This document shows positions 36,264-46,448 of a DNA stretch of 64,000 bases, one piece after another. The DNA comes from a virus. Below the pieces are notes generated by a model, which ran no database searches, had not been told where the DNA came from, and saw only the letters and a list, made by a program, of their open reading frames with translations. The DNA lies in the IMG/VR virus record IMGVR_UViG_3300005337_000002; one strand, given 5' to 3'. Made by a program: the position numbers and the translations under genes. Each line of letters begins with the position of its first letter. Positions within the stretch are counted from its first letter, which is position 1.

Positions 36264-37933
36264 TAGTCCTCCTCTAGCGTTTCCTCATCAGGGGGCGCAT
36301 CGAGGGGCAACATATAGAGCGCCGTCCTGCCTTTGGGAATCATGATAATGCGCCCGACCGCGACCATCGCGTCGAGCAGATGTTTGAGATCACGGGACAT
36401 ACACCGAAACAGATGCCGCTGAATCTCGCGGGCGGTCATGGCGCCACAACTGCTGAGGAGATTCTCGATCTTCTCTTCCCAGATCTGCTCGCGCGAGAGC
36501 GGCTCACTGGCAGCGGCCAGGGCGAGCAGATGGTGCAGCATCGTCCGCCAGGACTCGGTGATCTGCTGCGCATAGGCCCAGTGGCGCATGGCAATCTGCG
36601 GCGCGTCCTGGAGCGACGCGAGGAGGATGGCAATCCGGAGGGCTTTCGCATGGAAGCGACCATAGCACGCACTGAGATCCGCCTCGACCTGCTTCTCAAT
36701 GATGAGCGTCGTGAGGGCACGGTTATACGTGTTGTAGGCCGCGCGCACCTCTGCGGGGAATCCAAGGACCTGGGGGGCAAAGGCTGGGCGCTGAATCCGC
36801 CACCGGCTTGCCCCTTTATGGGTGGTGTCCGCTGCCGGCACAATGGTACAGGCAGGCTCGCCGAGGCGCAGATGCCAGGCATGCAACGTCCGCACGAGAT
36901 CGCTGGGGAGGTCATCGAGTCCTGCCGGTTGCTCGGCCAGTGAGGGCTGCTCATCCAGGCAGGGTGTGATAAAGGCAAACCGCGGCCAAAACCCGTCATG
37001 CCACCAGGGACTTCCCGGGCGCATGTACGGGGCCAGATCGGTGGCCGTGGCACTACACAAGAGCGCGAGGGCTGGGTCCGTCACGCGTTCGAGCCCGCGC
37101 AAGAGGGTTTCGGTCCCAAAGTCCTCACTGCCGTCATCCAGGACACGCAAGATGCCGTGAAACTCGGCCATGACACTGTCGTGCCGCCGCATTTGGCCGA
37201 GCATGCTGCCCCACTCTTCGTAATACCACCCCCGCTGCCCCGCAAACGCGAGATCGTGCCGGCGCGTTTCCTGCTCAGAGCGGTCCATCCCTCCATAGTC
37301 CTCGTCAACGTAGCCACTCATGCGACGGATGAGGGCCTGGGGCGTAATCCGATCCGGGGTCAAGAAAAACTGACACCCGGCTTGCTTGAGCCCCTTGCGC
37401 GCAATGTGGGCTGTCGTGGTCTTCGTGTAGAGTGTGGACGGGGCCACCAGGGCGAGAAATAACATGGGAAATTCCGGTTTGCCGAGATGGACGCAAATCC
37501 GGCGGGCGGCAATGGTCGAAAGGAGCCACAGGCCGACCGCCTGATGAAACCCGGCTGCGGCCCGCGGCGCCCAGTGGCGCGAGTGGGCACAGTACAACTC
37601 TAGCCAGGGTGCGGCGTCGGCACCAAGCGCCGCATCGAGCCGGGCCTCAGCAGGTAACGCAGGGGTCAGGGGGGGTGCCGCATAGGGGAAGGCCCCGGCA
37701 ATCGTTGCCTCCAGCACCGCCCCGCTCTGGGCCGCCTGTTGCCACCCCGCTCTGAGCACGAAGGTATCCACGCCCTGTTTTTTGGCACTGGCAAGCAGGG
37801 GGCCGAGTCGGTACGGATCATCGAGAAACGGTGCCATGTAGGGCGCAATCGTCTTGTCATGCCAATAATGCGGATCGGCGCCCTGCACGAGCGTGGCATA
37901 AATCTGTTCCTGGTACAGCGTATAGTCAGCCAT
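36263..37933 (-). CDS. DUF3987/YfjI-like replication protein with C-terminal winged helix
   Basis: LALVAPSTLYTKTT, ITPQAL, DGFWPRF; coupled to primase gene. Confidence 0.7.
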   Translation of the reverse strand: MADYTLYQEQIYATLVQGADPHYWHDKTIAPYMAPFLDDPYRLGPLLASAKKQGVDTFVLRAGWQQAAQSGAVLEATIAGAFPYAAPPLTPALPAEARLDAALGADAAPWLELYCAHSRHWAPRAAAGFHQAVGLWLLSTIAARRICVHLGKPEFPMLFLALVAPSTLYTKTTTAHIARKGLKQAGCQFFLTPDRITPQALIRRMSGYVDEDYGGMDRSEQETRRHDLAFAGQRGWYYEEWGSMLGQMRRHDSVMAEFHGILRVLDDGSEDFGTETLLRGLERVTDPALALLCSATATDLAPYMRPGSPWWHDGFWPRFAFITPCLDEQPSLAEQPAGLDDLPSDLVRTLHAWHLRLGEPACTIVPAADTTHKGASRWRIQRPAFAPQVLGFPAEVRAAYNTYNRALTTLIIEKQVEADLSACYGRFHAKALRIAILLASLQDAPQIAMRHWAYAQQITESWRTMLHHLLALAAASEPLSREQIWEEKIENLLSSCGAMTAREIQRHLFRCMSRDLKHLLDAMVAVGRIIMIPKGRTALYMLPLDAPPDEETLEED

Positions 37934-38782
37934 TTAGCCTCCATATTCCGAGGCGAGCTGTGCCCAGAAGGCGCTCGGATTGAGGCGGGCCGTGACGAGG
38001 GCCTTGGTCAATGCGGCACGAATCGGCGGGGATGCCTGGGCTAAGGCCCAGACCTGAGCACGGGCTGGCACGCACGTCTCGATCCACGTAGGATCCTGCG
38101 CGATTCTTTCCGTCAGCAGCACCACCGCCTTGGCATCCTGCGATGGCTCGTCCCTGGACTGTCGCCCGTGCGTGCTGACGCGCGGTTCTCTGGGTGCGTC
38201 AGGCGGCACGGGCGGATAGGGGCATGCTGTCTCAGGATAGAGCACCTGCCAGACGACCGCTGGACTCATGCCGTGTTGATGGAATTGCTGTTCGACCCAG
38301 AGCCACTGCAGGGGATCTGTGGCTGCCTGTCGTAGCACGGCCACCAATCCATCGAGGTTCAGCATGTTCACATCGTCTACCACAAAGTCCACGGCGAAGC
38401 GCAGATCGACGGGATCGGCTGCGCCAGCAGGCGGCATGCGCATCGCCGGTGGGCGCTGGGGTTTCCGTTGGGGCACCGGTCCCGTATCTGCGAAGAGATC
38501 CCGTTCATGGATCGCGATGGCTGCACAGATCGCGTGGTACGTACAGCCGGCCCAACAGCGCAGCAGGACCCTGTCTCCTTCCCCACGCAGCGACAGCGAG
38601 GGCGAGGTATCGTCATGGGCCGGGCAGCGGACGTGCCACTCACGCCCCACGAGCCGCCCCCCGCCACAGCGGCGCACAATGGCGTCGATCCGGTCCTGGG
38701 TCGTACCGGTGAGACAGGGGGACGCGCCGGGTGCCCGGGCGGGCCAGGGCGTGTGGTGTTCTGGTGGGTTTTCTGGTATCAT
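37934..38782 (-). CDS. Primase zinc-binding domain protein
   Basis: CPAHDDTSPSLS..LLRCWAGC. Confidence 0.75.
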   Translation of the reverse strand: MIPENPPEHHTPWPARAPGASPCLTGTTQDRIDAIVRRCGGGRLVGREWHVRCPAHDDTSPSLSLRGEGDRVLLRCWAGCTYHAICAAIAIHERDLFADTGPVPQRKPQRPPAMRMPPAGAADPVDLRFAVDFVVDDVNMLNLDGLVAVLRQAATDPLQWLWVEQQFHQHGMSPAVVWQVLYPETACPYPPVPPDAPREPRVSTHGRQSRDEPSQDAKAVVLLTERIAQDPTWIETCVPARAQVWALAQASPPIRAALTKALVTARLNPSAFWAQLASEYGG

Positions 38783-38887
38783 GTGGTCGAGCCTTTCTGT
38801 CTAGATATTTGGATCATGTTGACACCATGATTGCGGTCTGTACAGCCTGCGGGATTAGCCACAATCCCGCAGGCACGGTTGTTCCTC

Positions 38888-39175
38888 CTACCAGTCTTCC
38901 ACGTCCACCATAACTTTTGCGAGTCGTGTATTCCCATCATCGTGCTTCTCCTCTAGCCGTGCGCGCTTAGCCTGTCGGCCCAACAACAAGTCGGTGCTGA
39001 CCCCTAACACCTCCGCAATGGCTTTAATCCGTGAGGCGCGGGGATCGGGCGTGGTCCCGGCCTCAATCTTGTTGAGCGTATTGATACTCACATGGATGCG
39101 GCGCGCAAGTTCCGATTGCGACATCCCATACCAGAGTCGCACCCGTCGTATCCGTTGTCCCAGCGCTTCTGCCAT
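38888..39175 (-). CDS. XRE-family HTH regulator
   Basis: LGQRIRRVR..MSQSELA..KIEAG..LGVSTDLLLG. Confidence 0.85.
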   Translation of the reverse strand: MAEALGQRIRRVRLWYGMSQSELARRIHVSINTLNKIEAGTTPDPRASRIKAIAEVLGVSTDLLLGRQAKRARLEEKHDDGNTRLAKVMVDVEDW

Positions 39176-39215
39176 CGATTCGTCTCCTCTAGAGTGTGAT
39201 ACAAGCCTTCGATAT

Positions 39216-39294
39216 AAGTATAGACATTTTTTACAAGAATGTACATTCTTTTCTCTTTTTTTGCTTACATATTTACAATAAAATGTATATACTT
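39216..39294. promoter_or_regulatory. Divergent promoter/operator region 1
   Basis: Perfect palindrome AAGAATGTACATTCTT at 39235-39250; 15-bp inverted repeat (1 mismatch) at 39216-39230 and 39280-39294; TATACT -10. Confidence 0.65.
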
Positions 39295-39380
39295 GAGACA
39301 TAAGAAAGGCGGAAGGAGCTACTTGCCTGCAGTACCTTCCGCCTCCGGTGTCCCGAACCCCTTGTGCAAGGAGTCAGACC

Positions 39381-39661
39381 ATGCAGACGCTACCACAGAC
39401 CGCACCGCACCGCACCGCAAGCCGGCCACAGCGTACTATGCCCTACTCGACGAGGATCATGGCGTGCTCGCGCAACTGGACGATGGCGTGATCTCTTTCC
39501 TCAACGACGTGATGGATACGCTGATGGTCCTGGAGCCGCAGATGTGTCCCTGGGTCACGATTCTTGGCGAGGTGGGCGTAGCGGATCTCGCACTGGCACA
39601 GGATACGATCCGTGGAGGATACGTCACGATTGCCTCTACACGCTCGCAGGAGGTGCGATAA
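39381..39661 (+). pseudogene. Hypothetical gene frameshifted by (CCGCA)4 repeat
   Basis: AAGGAG-ATG joins the long downstream frame only with 3 repeat units. Confidence 0.6.
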
Positions 39662-39885
39662 TGTATGCGCTTATTGGCTATGGAGACCAGATACTCGGTC
39701 AGCGACCTCGCACGCGGCTGGCCCGTCTAGACGACGGTCCGCTTGTGACGTGGGATGGCCTGGGGTGGGTCCTGCACCCCTCTCCCCGTGCGACCCTCAC
39801 GGTCTATGCAACCTGGGACCGGTGCCCTGACGACGTACAGGTGCGCCATCTCCAGCGGTTGCTACCCGTCATGCCTCCTGCGTAA
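39661..39885 (+). CDS. Hypothetical protein
   Basis: AGGAGG RBS; TAATG coupling. Confidence 0.5.
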   Translation: MYALIGYGDQILGQRPRTRLARLDDGPLVTWDGLGWVLHPSPRATLTVYATWDRCPDDVQVRHLQRLLPVMPPA

Positions 39886-40019
39886 GCCTGCTGCATGTCC
39901 TGCGACGGATGAGTGTTGTGCGCTCATCCGTCGCTCCTGTGTGCCTCTCTTGCGCCCTAGGATCAATGCTGAGCGTGGCAGGTGCCTTCCTAGGGGGTAG
40001 AGACGTTTGACGCTTCTAT

Positions 40020-40052
40020 GCGCTCCTCGGCGGTCTCAGGGCGCTTTTTTTT
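40020..40052 (+). terminator. Intrinsic terminator
   Basis: GCGCTC..GGGCGC followed by T8. Confidence 0.55.
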
Positions 40053-40077
40053 GCCTCTCGCATACCCGCCATCCTGT

Positions 40078-41469
40078 CTACCAGGTGCCCGCTCGTTTCC
40101 CATCGTTCAAGATCAACTCCGTGTAGAGCCAGACGAGGGCGTCCATGCGATTCGGCGAGGCCATGCCGGGGACCCAGGACGTCATCTCGGCTTCGAGGTC
40201 CGTAAAGACGCCGACATGATGAATCCGCTGCTGCTCGTACTCGGTCGCAATCGGTTCGGCGCGGGTCTGCTTCCCCCGACTGGCATGGACGGTTTTGTAA
40301 TGGACGGTCGCGGTCGCCCGCACGCCCTCCCGGTGCATCTCCCGCGCCACAAACTGCACCACGGTGCCAATCCACTCCCCGCCGTTATTCACTTCGGCAA
40401 TGAGGACATCGGCCTCCAACTCATCATAGAGGGCAATAGCCTGGCGCGCACAGGCTGCGGGGGTTCCACGCATCGAGGCATCCCGCAATACATAACCATG
40501 GCCGTTCGCCGCGATCCCACCGGCAATCATGCCCATCTCGTCGGCCGTCGGTTGCGAGGTGGCTGAAGGATCAAGGGCAATGGCCACGCGCCGCAAGGGC
40601 GGGAGAAACGTCCCAGGTCCGACGCGGGTACAATCCAGCATCACATGCGTCCACAGGGCACCCGGCACGTCTTCGGTGTCTTCCGCCAAAATCTCCTGGC
40701 GATGCGCGAGGACTGTCATGTCCCCCGTAATCTCATCGAGCGCGGTCTCGGAAATGTACGGATTGGCATGACTCGTGAAGTGAAAGGCTTCCCATCGTCC
40801 CGTCGTGTCCGCCTGCGCGGCTTTGTACAGTTTGGCCGTATAGCGTTTGTCACGGGCTTTCGACATCGAGGCGGTTTGGATCGAGGGCGGGGTATACACA
40901 AAGATCGCATCCCCATCATTGTCCAGCAACATCGGGGCCCCAACGACGCCCCAGGCATCTTCCGACATGAGCTGGTGTTCATCGAGAATCAGTATGTCAG
41001 CATAATCCCCGCGTAAGGTGTCGGCGTTCCAGGCAGTCTTCGCGCGGATACGCGTTTCGGTCCCGGGTATTTCGATGAGATGGCGCGTCTCATTTTTGAG
41101 GAGATATTTGGCATCAATCGCGGGCGCCAGTGCCCGCTTCACCTCAAACCAGAAACGATCCACCTGTTCCTGCGTGGGGACGGCATAGAGGATGCGTCGT
41201 CCGTCGAGAAATTTCTCGAGGGCAATCCGTGCGACCCCCACCGTTTTGCCCCCGCGTCGTCCTGCCCGAATGACTTTGCGTTTGGCCGACGATTGGATAA
41301 AGCGCGCTTGCTCGGCATGCGGGATGCGTAACAGCGTCCGCACCTGGGCATGCCAGGGTGGTGGGGCATGGGGATCTGTCTGGGCTTGCTGTGCCTTGCG
41401 ATGGGCGACGCGCAACCCCGCCATGCCCATCAGGGTGGGGTCCGCCAAGCGCGGATCAAGGGTCGGCAC
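40078..41469 (-). CDS. terL: Terminase large subunit
   Basis: Walker A AGRRGGKT, Walker B ILDE, LRG, ALDP nuclease motif, SPNRMDALVW. Confidence 0.92.
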   Translation of the reverse strand: MPTLDPRLADPTLMGMAGLRVAHRKAQQAQTDPHAPPPWHAQVRTLLRIPHAEQARFIQSSAKRKVIRAGRRGGKTVGVARIALEKFLDGRRILYAVPTQEQVDRFWFEVKRALAPAIDAKYLLKNETRHLIEIPGTETRIRAKTAWNADTLRGDYADILILDEHQLMSEDAWGVVGAPMLLDNDGDAIFVYTPPSIQTASMSKARDKRYTAKLYKAAQADTTGRWEAFHFTSHANPYISETALDEITGDMTVLAHRQEILAEDTEDVPGALWTHVMLDCTRVGPGTFLPPLRRVAIALDPSATSQPTADEMGMIAGGIAANGHGYVLRDASMRGTPAACARQAIALYDELEADVLIAEVNNGGEWIGTVVQFVAREMHREGVRATATVHYKTVHASRGKQTRAEPIATEYEQQRIHHVGVFTDLEAEMTSWVPGMASPNRMDALVWLYTELILNDGKRAGTW

Positions 41470-41992
41470 GGTCCGCCTCGGTGAGCAGGAGTTGGGCTTC
41501 CGCCAGGACCTCTTCGACGGTCAGGCCCAGCGCCTCGGCGACCTTCTGGGCCGTCTGCTGGATCGTGACCTTGAGGTCGACGCGGTCTTTGCGGCCCCAT
41601 TGGTCGGGCTTTGAACGCTCAAGATGCCACGCGTCCGCCTGCCAATCGGGTGGGGCAATACGTTCCTCGACACTCGTACTGCCGTCGCGATGGGTTGTCG
41701 TCTTGCGGTAGACGACGGCGCCGCCGCGTCCGGCCTGTTCAATGCGCGCCACGCGCCGCACGGTATCCGTCGCAATCGCTTTTTGGACAGCGGCATGGAA
41801 GCCCTTATAGGGTTCCGTGGCGGGTCGAGGATGCTCCCCCGCGCCACGATTGACCCATTCCAGCACCGTCGCGCGTGCGATCCCCGCAAATTGCGCGGCT
41901 TCGACTAGCGAGACGCCCGCACCCACGGCGTTCACAATCGCCTGCTGTATTTCTTGAGTGAGTTTGGTGACTCGACCGTTCTGGCGTGCCAT
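41456..41992 (-). CDS. Terminase small subunit (HTH)
   Basis: TKLTQEI..AAQFAGI..WQADAWHLER; overlaps terL start. Confidence 0.75.
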   Translation of the reverse strand: MARQNGRVTKLTQEIQQAIVNAVGAGVSLVEAAQFAGIARATVLEWVNRGAGEHPRPATEPYKGFHAAVQKAIATDTVRRVARIEQAGRGGAVVYRKTTTHRDGSTSVEERIAPPDWQADAWHLERSKPDQWGRKDRVDLKVTIQQTAQKVAEALGLTVEEVLAEAQLLLTEADRADP

Positions 41993-42123
41993 GGTGCTCC
42001 CCTGCCCTCCTCGCGCGCATATACATGCTAGTGCGTGCAAAATCCGCTTGGCGACTCGTGTTGCCCACATGAGTATGGGTCATCTTCTCGACTCATCCCA
42101 TCTTCAGGCTTTGCTACCTGCGC

Positions 42124-43038
42124 TCATGCCTCCGTGAGCGGGATCCCCTGCGCCTTGAGGACCGCCCGCAATTCCGGGCTCTTGACCGCCCCATGTTGCC
42201 GCAGCGTGAGCCCATAGTCATCCACCGCCGGCAACGCCGCGAGGTCGATCCCCGGCTTCAGTTGCAAGTGTTGGTCAAACATGCGCCACCGGTCTTTGAC
42301 GACGTGTTGCGGGCGGTGAAAGCGACGCTTGGTCTCGACCAACCCTGGCCAGATGCGCTCCAGCGAGCGGGCCATGCGCAAGCGGCCATCCCCCTGGTAG
42401 AGATCCGCCGTATTCCCCCCGGCGACCTGCATCGTCGTGATCTTGTCGACCATGAAGGCGTTCACCAGCACGGTGCACCAGCCATCCGTCAGGACACGCA
42501 GGCAGAAATCCGTGTCATCATTGTAGCGCTGGCGCCACCCATATGGTAGAGAATTTAGTACTAATGAGCAGGAGTAGATGTGGACATTCAGCCAGTAGGG
42601 TGGGACTGACTTGAGGTCAGCGACGAACATCTTGTAGGCCAGCCCGGCCAGCGCGATGTTCTGATAGCGGTCCACAAAGTCTTCACAGACGCGCAAGGCA
42701 ATCCCCGCCTTACACGGGAGGCGTCGCCCCTTCCAGCGGCGATAGAAGATGCGCATGTTGTCATCGAGTTGCCAGTGGCGGGCTGCCCCGGTCGCCGTGG
42801 CATGCGCTTTGATCCAGTTGCGGGCATAGAGGAGCCCCCCGTTGTTCCGATCCAGGAGGAGCAGGGCGGCGGTGGGAAAGGCCGCGCGATAGGCCTCGGC
42901 TTCTTGCGGCTCCACGACCAGGGAGAAGGGGACGCCATCGAGCAGGAGCCGTCGCATCGTAGATTGGCCAAACTGGCTGCGGCCTTTCGAGGGAATATAC
43001 ACGGGATACCGGGGGAGGACGGCGCCTGATGGTCTCAT
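42124..43038 (-). CDS. TET/JBP-associated (GREB1-like) DNA glycosyltransferase
   Basis: YPVYIPSKGR, VVEPQE, RNWI, HWQLDDN, YSCSL, YNDDTD, GGNT. Confidence 0.75.
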   Translation of the reverse strand: MRPSGAVLPRYPVYIPSKGRSQFGQSTMRRLLLDGVPFSLVVEPQEAEAYRAAFPTAALLLLDRNNGGLLYARNWIKAHATATGAARHWQLDDNMRIFYRRWKGRRLPCKAGIALRVCEDFVDRYQNIALAGLAYKMFVADLKSVPPYWLNVHIYSCSLVLNSLPYGWRQRYNDDTDFCLRVLTDGWCTVLVNAFMVDKITTMQVAGGNTADLYQGDGRLRMARSLERIWPGLVETKRRFHRPQHVVKDRWRMFDQHLQLKPGIDLAALPAVDDYGLTLRQHGAVKSPELRAVLKAQGIPLTEA

Positions 43039-43862
43039 GCGGGGGAGGCCTTGCGCCAATAGGCTGGGCGCTGGTTCCAACACTTCGTCGCGATTTTGAC
43101 ATAGCCGTGCTGGCGGAGGCAACTGTTGAAAGCCCGCGAGGCGCTCGCCCCAGGCACGCGCGTGCCCCCGACCTCATAGGTCTCGAAATGCCCGATGGAC
43201 GGGGCGGTGAAGGTATTGGCGATCAGCAACGCCCGTGGCTGACACTGCGTGAGGAGCGTGACGAGATGGTCCACCGGGGCGGGAATGTGCTCAAAATACT
43301 CGCTGGCAAAGACGACATCGACCGGGGACGGAAGCAGGGGAATCTCCGGCACGACCTGGAAGCCAAACTGGCGTCCCATGCGTTCCGCCACCCGTGTTTG
43401 GGTGAGCCCGGGAAAATTGGTGGCCCAGAGGTCGCAGTGCGGCCAGAGCTGGCGGAGCGCGGCGGTCGTGTAGCCGATCCCGCAGCCGAGGTCCACGACG
43501 CGTGTCACCGGGGCGAGGTGCGCGGCAATCCCGGCAGGCGGACAGAGTTTGGCCGGCAGGAGTTGGGCCAGATATTTGCGGGAATAGACGACCCAGCAGG
43601 CCCAGAGTTCCGCGAGATAATAGTCGGCGTCATAGACGGCCCAGCATGGGGTGCCCTGGCGGAGGGAGGCATACCATTGCGCCTGGAGCCGTTGACCGGG
43701 CTCCGTTGCCAGGCGCCCCTGCCCGCTGCTGCGCAGATAGGCAATGGTCTGCAGTGCGAGGTGCCGCACCGTCGTCACGTCGCGCACGCCCACCGCGGCA
43801 CAGTCCTCGAGAAAATGCGCGAATTGCGGCTGCCACTCACCGGTCAGCAGTGTCGGGATCAT
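43035..43862 (-). CDS. Class I SAM-dependent methyltransferase
   Basis: VVDLGCGIG, FASEYFEH. Confidence 0.75.
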   Translation of the reverse strand: MIPTLLTGEWQPQFAHFLEDCAAVGVRDVTTVRHLALQTIAYLRSSGQGRLATEPGQRLQAQWYASLRQGTPCWAVYDADYYLAELWACWVVYSRKYLAQLLPAKLCPPAGIAAHLAPVTRVVDLGCGIGYTTAALRQLWPHCDLWATNFPGLTQTRVAERMGRQFGFQVVPEIPLLPSPVDVVFASEYFEHIPAPVDHLVTLLTQCQPRALLIANTFTAPSIGHFETYEVGGTRVPGASASRAFNSCLRQHGYVKIATKCWNQRPAYWRKASPA

Positions 43863-44568
43863 CCTGCTCCTCTTCCTCAAATTGCAGGCCCATCACATCT
43901 TCGTGCACTTTGGGCGGCCACCAGCAGGAGACGGACGGTCGGTCGGCGTCCGGTGGGGCGAGGCCCAGCTGCGCGGCCAGGGCGCCCCGATCCTCGGGCG
44001 AGCGGCAACTGATCAGCAAGCGCCAGCAGGTTTTACCCTCGGCGTCATACTCGGGCAGGCCGACCCACTGACTCGCGTGGTCTTTCTCCTGGATCTCGCT
44101 GGCCGGGCGCGTGGCATACACGAGGCCCGCCAGCATCGTGGCGTCGAACCCAGTGCCCAGCAGTCCCTCGATATCCTGACTGGCGTGCAACTCCCGTAAC
44201 AACTCGGTGAGCGCCCGATCGTCCTTGAAGGCCAGCCGCGCCACTTCGTTATCCCCGACGAGCACCTTGAGGGCCTCGGGATCGTTCGAGGCGAAGGGGA
44301 GCCGCCGCACCGGGCCATGCGTCAGGCCGAGTTGCATCGCGGCCTTCACGACCCCGTGGCCCGCGAGGATCGTGTCATCGGCGGTGATGACGACGTTCTT
44401 ATACCACCCGTGCTGTTGCAGGCTATGCCGCAGGTGGGCCAACTCATCGTCGGGATGATCCTGGTAATTGCGTGGATGGGGATGGAGGGACGCCAGGGGC
44501 ACGATTTCCAGGGGGAGTGTGTCGAGTGCCGGCGCTGTGGTGCTGGGGGCGCGTGTTGATGAGGCCAT
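43837..44568 (-). CDS. ParB-N domain protein linked to DNA modification
   Basis: LHPHPRNY, ILAGHG, GDNE, WVGLPEY. Confidence 0.75.
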   Translation of the reverse strand: MASSTRAPSTTAPALDTLPLEIVPLASLHPHPRNYQDHPDDELAHLRHSLQQHGWYKNVVITADDTILAGHGVVKAAMQLGLTHGPVRRLPFASNDPEALKVLVGDNEVARLAFKDDRALTELLRELHASQDIEGLLGTGFDATMLAGLVYATRPASEIQEKDHASQWVGLPEYDAEGKTCWRLLISCRSPEDRGALAAQLGLAPPDADRPSVSCWWPPKVHEDVMGLQFEEEEQDDPDTADR

Positions 44569-44698
44569 ACAACTCCTTCTGCGCCTCGCCCATGCCAGGG
44601 GTGCCGTGTTCCATGAGACCGTATCGTTCACAGCGAGACGTGTCGTGAGTGTACACAGGAGCATGACCGCGGGTCAAGGGGTGGGCGCTGATGCGACC

Positions 44699-44926
44699 TC
44701 AGGACCCCTCATCCCCATAGATGTCCGCCAGCCAATCCAGCGTACACCCGAGGGCACGCGCCAGGGCCCGCATGGTGAAAATGCCGGGGTTTTTATGGAT
44801 CCCCCGCTCGATCCGCCAGATCGTCTGGTATTGCAGGCCCGTCTTCCCGGCGATGTCTTGCGTCGAGAGCTGGCGCTGCGCCCGCAGCCCGGCGACCCGC
44901 TTCCCCAAGCGTTGTGCGCTGTCCAT
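44699..44926 (-). CDS. XRE-family HTH regulator
   Basis: LGKRVAGLR..IWRIERG..LARALGCTLDWL. Confidence 0.85.
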   Translation of the reverse strand: MDSAQRLGKRVAGLRAQRQLSTQDIAGKTGLQYQTIWRIERGIHKNPGIFTMRALARALGCTLDWLADIYGDEGS

Positions 44927-44990
44927 CAGGACCCCTTTTCTTCTAATTCACTCTAGAGAGAAAATACTGAGAAGTATTCTACCATGATTC

Positions 44991-45049
44991 TGAACTAAAA
45001 TTCAATTTCGGTGTTTACATTCTGCATGCAATGCCTTATACTTAGTTCA
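44991..45049 (+). promoter_or_regulatory. Divergent promoter/operator region 2
   Basis: TTTACA(45014)-17 bp-TATACT(45037) flanked by inverted TGAACTAA/TTAGTTCA. Confidence 0.65.
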
Positions 45050-45082
45050 AGTACGACGGAGCATAACAAACCAAGGGAAGGA

Positions 45083-46447
45083 ATGATCATGGCAACGAAG
45101 AGTGACGCCGCCACCGTGGCCCGTGAAAGGCGACGGTCGAGATATCATGCGGCCGCATCTCTAGAGATCGTGCGACGTATCGCGAAGCGTCTGAACATTA
45201 CGGTGGCGATGCACACCGAGCGATCCGAAGCCCATCCGATGGGTTGTATCGTGATTGACTGCCTTGCCGATGATGTCACGGCCCTTGAGCATGAGATCAA
45301 CGCGCATGCGAAGCTAGCGACGGTCCCCATTGCCTTTGTGCCGCGGGTGTCCGATGACGTTCGCTATGCAGACAGTGCTGCGGATGCTCAGGAAGATCTC
45401 CAGGCCCAGGTGGAACCAGAACGCCAGAGTGCCCCAGCGGCCCTGGACACCTGTGCGCATACGACCGTCCGCCGCTTGGATGCGCGTGACTTTGGCTTTC
45501 AGTGTGTGGACTGTGCCGCGAAGCTGAGTCACGATGCGATCCCTGATGTGTGCACGATCCTCCCAGTCCACACGACCGAGATCATCTCACAGACAGAGGA
45601 GGATATGCCCCAGGGAGATTCCGAGATCCAGGATGCCCTTCCGCAGGAGACGTCACTGTTGCAACGTGCCATCCCTCCACCGCAGTCCGCACATTCGATC
45701 AGTTGGACGACCTGCTTTGTCTGCCAGACCGGCAAAGCCGCAGTCCACTCCAACGGGCGCTGCCAGGAATGCTATGAGTTCTTTCGCCACACCGGCACGG
45801 ATCGGAGCCCAGCGGAGATCGCGGCGACACAGGGCCTCCCGGTGAGGGAGATTATGGGCAAGGGGCTGCTGAAAGAGGGGAGGGATACCACGCCGCCCAT
45901 CGCTGCTCATGGCAGCCCAATGACCACACAGAGTACGAATCGAGAAGCCCAGTTGAGTGGCGCAGATCTCCAAGCAATCCTCGCGGCCCAGCGCGGGGCG
46001 ACGGCTGTGACAGCGCCGAGCAGTCCTGAAGATAGTGCGTCCGGTGTCGTGCTCGACAGCCCCCAAGCATCCCGCAGTGCTCGTATACAGTTTCTCTACG
46101 ACCTCGTTGCCCAGGGGGATGCGGTAATCCAGCAGGCACTCGATCAACAGACGGTTATCGTGCACCTCCCCGGGGAGAGCCCGCACCGCCGCGCATCAGT
46201 TTCCCGTGCGCGGCCGACGAGCCCGACACCCGCCGCCGTGCCCAAGGAGGGGAGTGCGATCAGTCGACTCCTGGCGCAGATTGCCCCCGAGGTGCAAGCC
46301 CAGATGCGCACTGACCGCGCCGCCGGGATGTCCTTCGTGGCCATTGACCTGAAATACGGCTATGCCGATGCGAAGGCCACGCGGGGACGCATGTCCTGGA
46401 CCGTGTGTAAGTCTGCCGAGACACCCTCAGCGCAGGAGGAGGATTAA
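45083..46447 (+). CDS. Hypothetical multi-domain protein with zinc-binding motifs
   Basis: GGAAGG RBS; CVDC, CFVC..CQECY. Confidence 0.6.
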   Translation: MIMATKSDAATVARERRRSRYHAAASLEIVRRIAKRLNITVAMHTERSEAHPMGCIVIDCLADDVTALEHEINAHAKLATVPIAFVPRVSDDVRYADSAADAQEDLQAQVEPERQSAPAALDTCAHTTVRRLDARDFGFQCVDCAAKLSHDAIPDVCTILPVHTTEIISQTEEDMPQGDSEIQDALPQETSLLQRAIPPPQSAHSISWTTCFVCQTGKAAVHSNGRCQECYEFFRHTGTDRSPAEIAATQGLPVREIMGKGLLKEGRDTTPPIAAHGSPMTTQSTNREAQLSGADLQAILAAQRGATAVTAPSSPEDSASGVVLDSPQASRSARIQFLYDLVAQGDAVIQQALDQQTVIVHLPGESPHRRASVSRARPTSPTPAAVPKEGSAISRLLAQIAPEVQAQMRTDRAAGMSFVAIDLKYGYADAKATRGRMSWTVCKSAETPSAQEED

Positions 46448-46448
46448 C

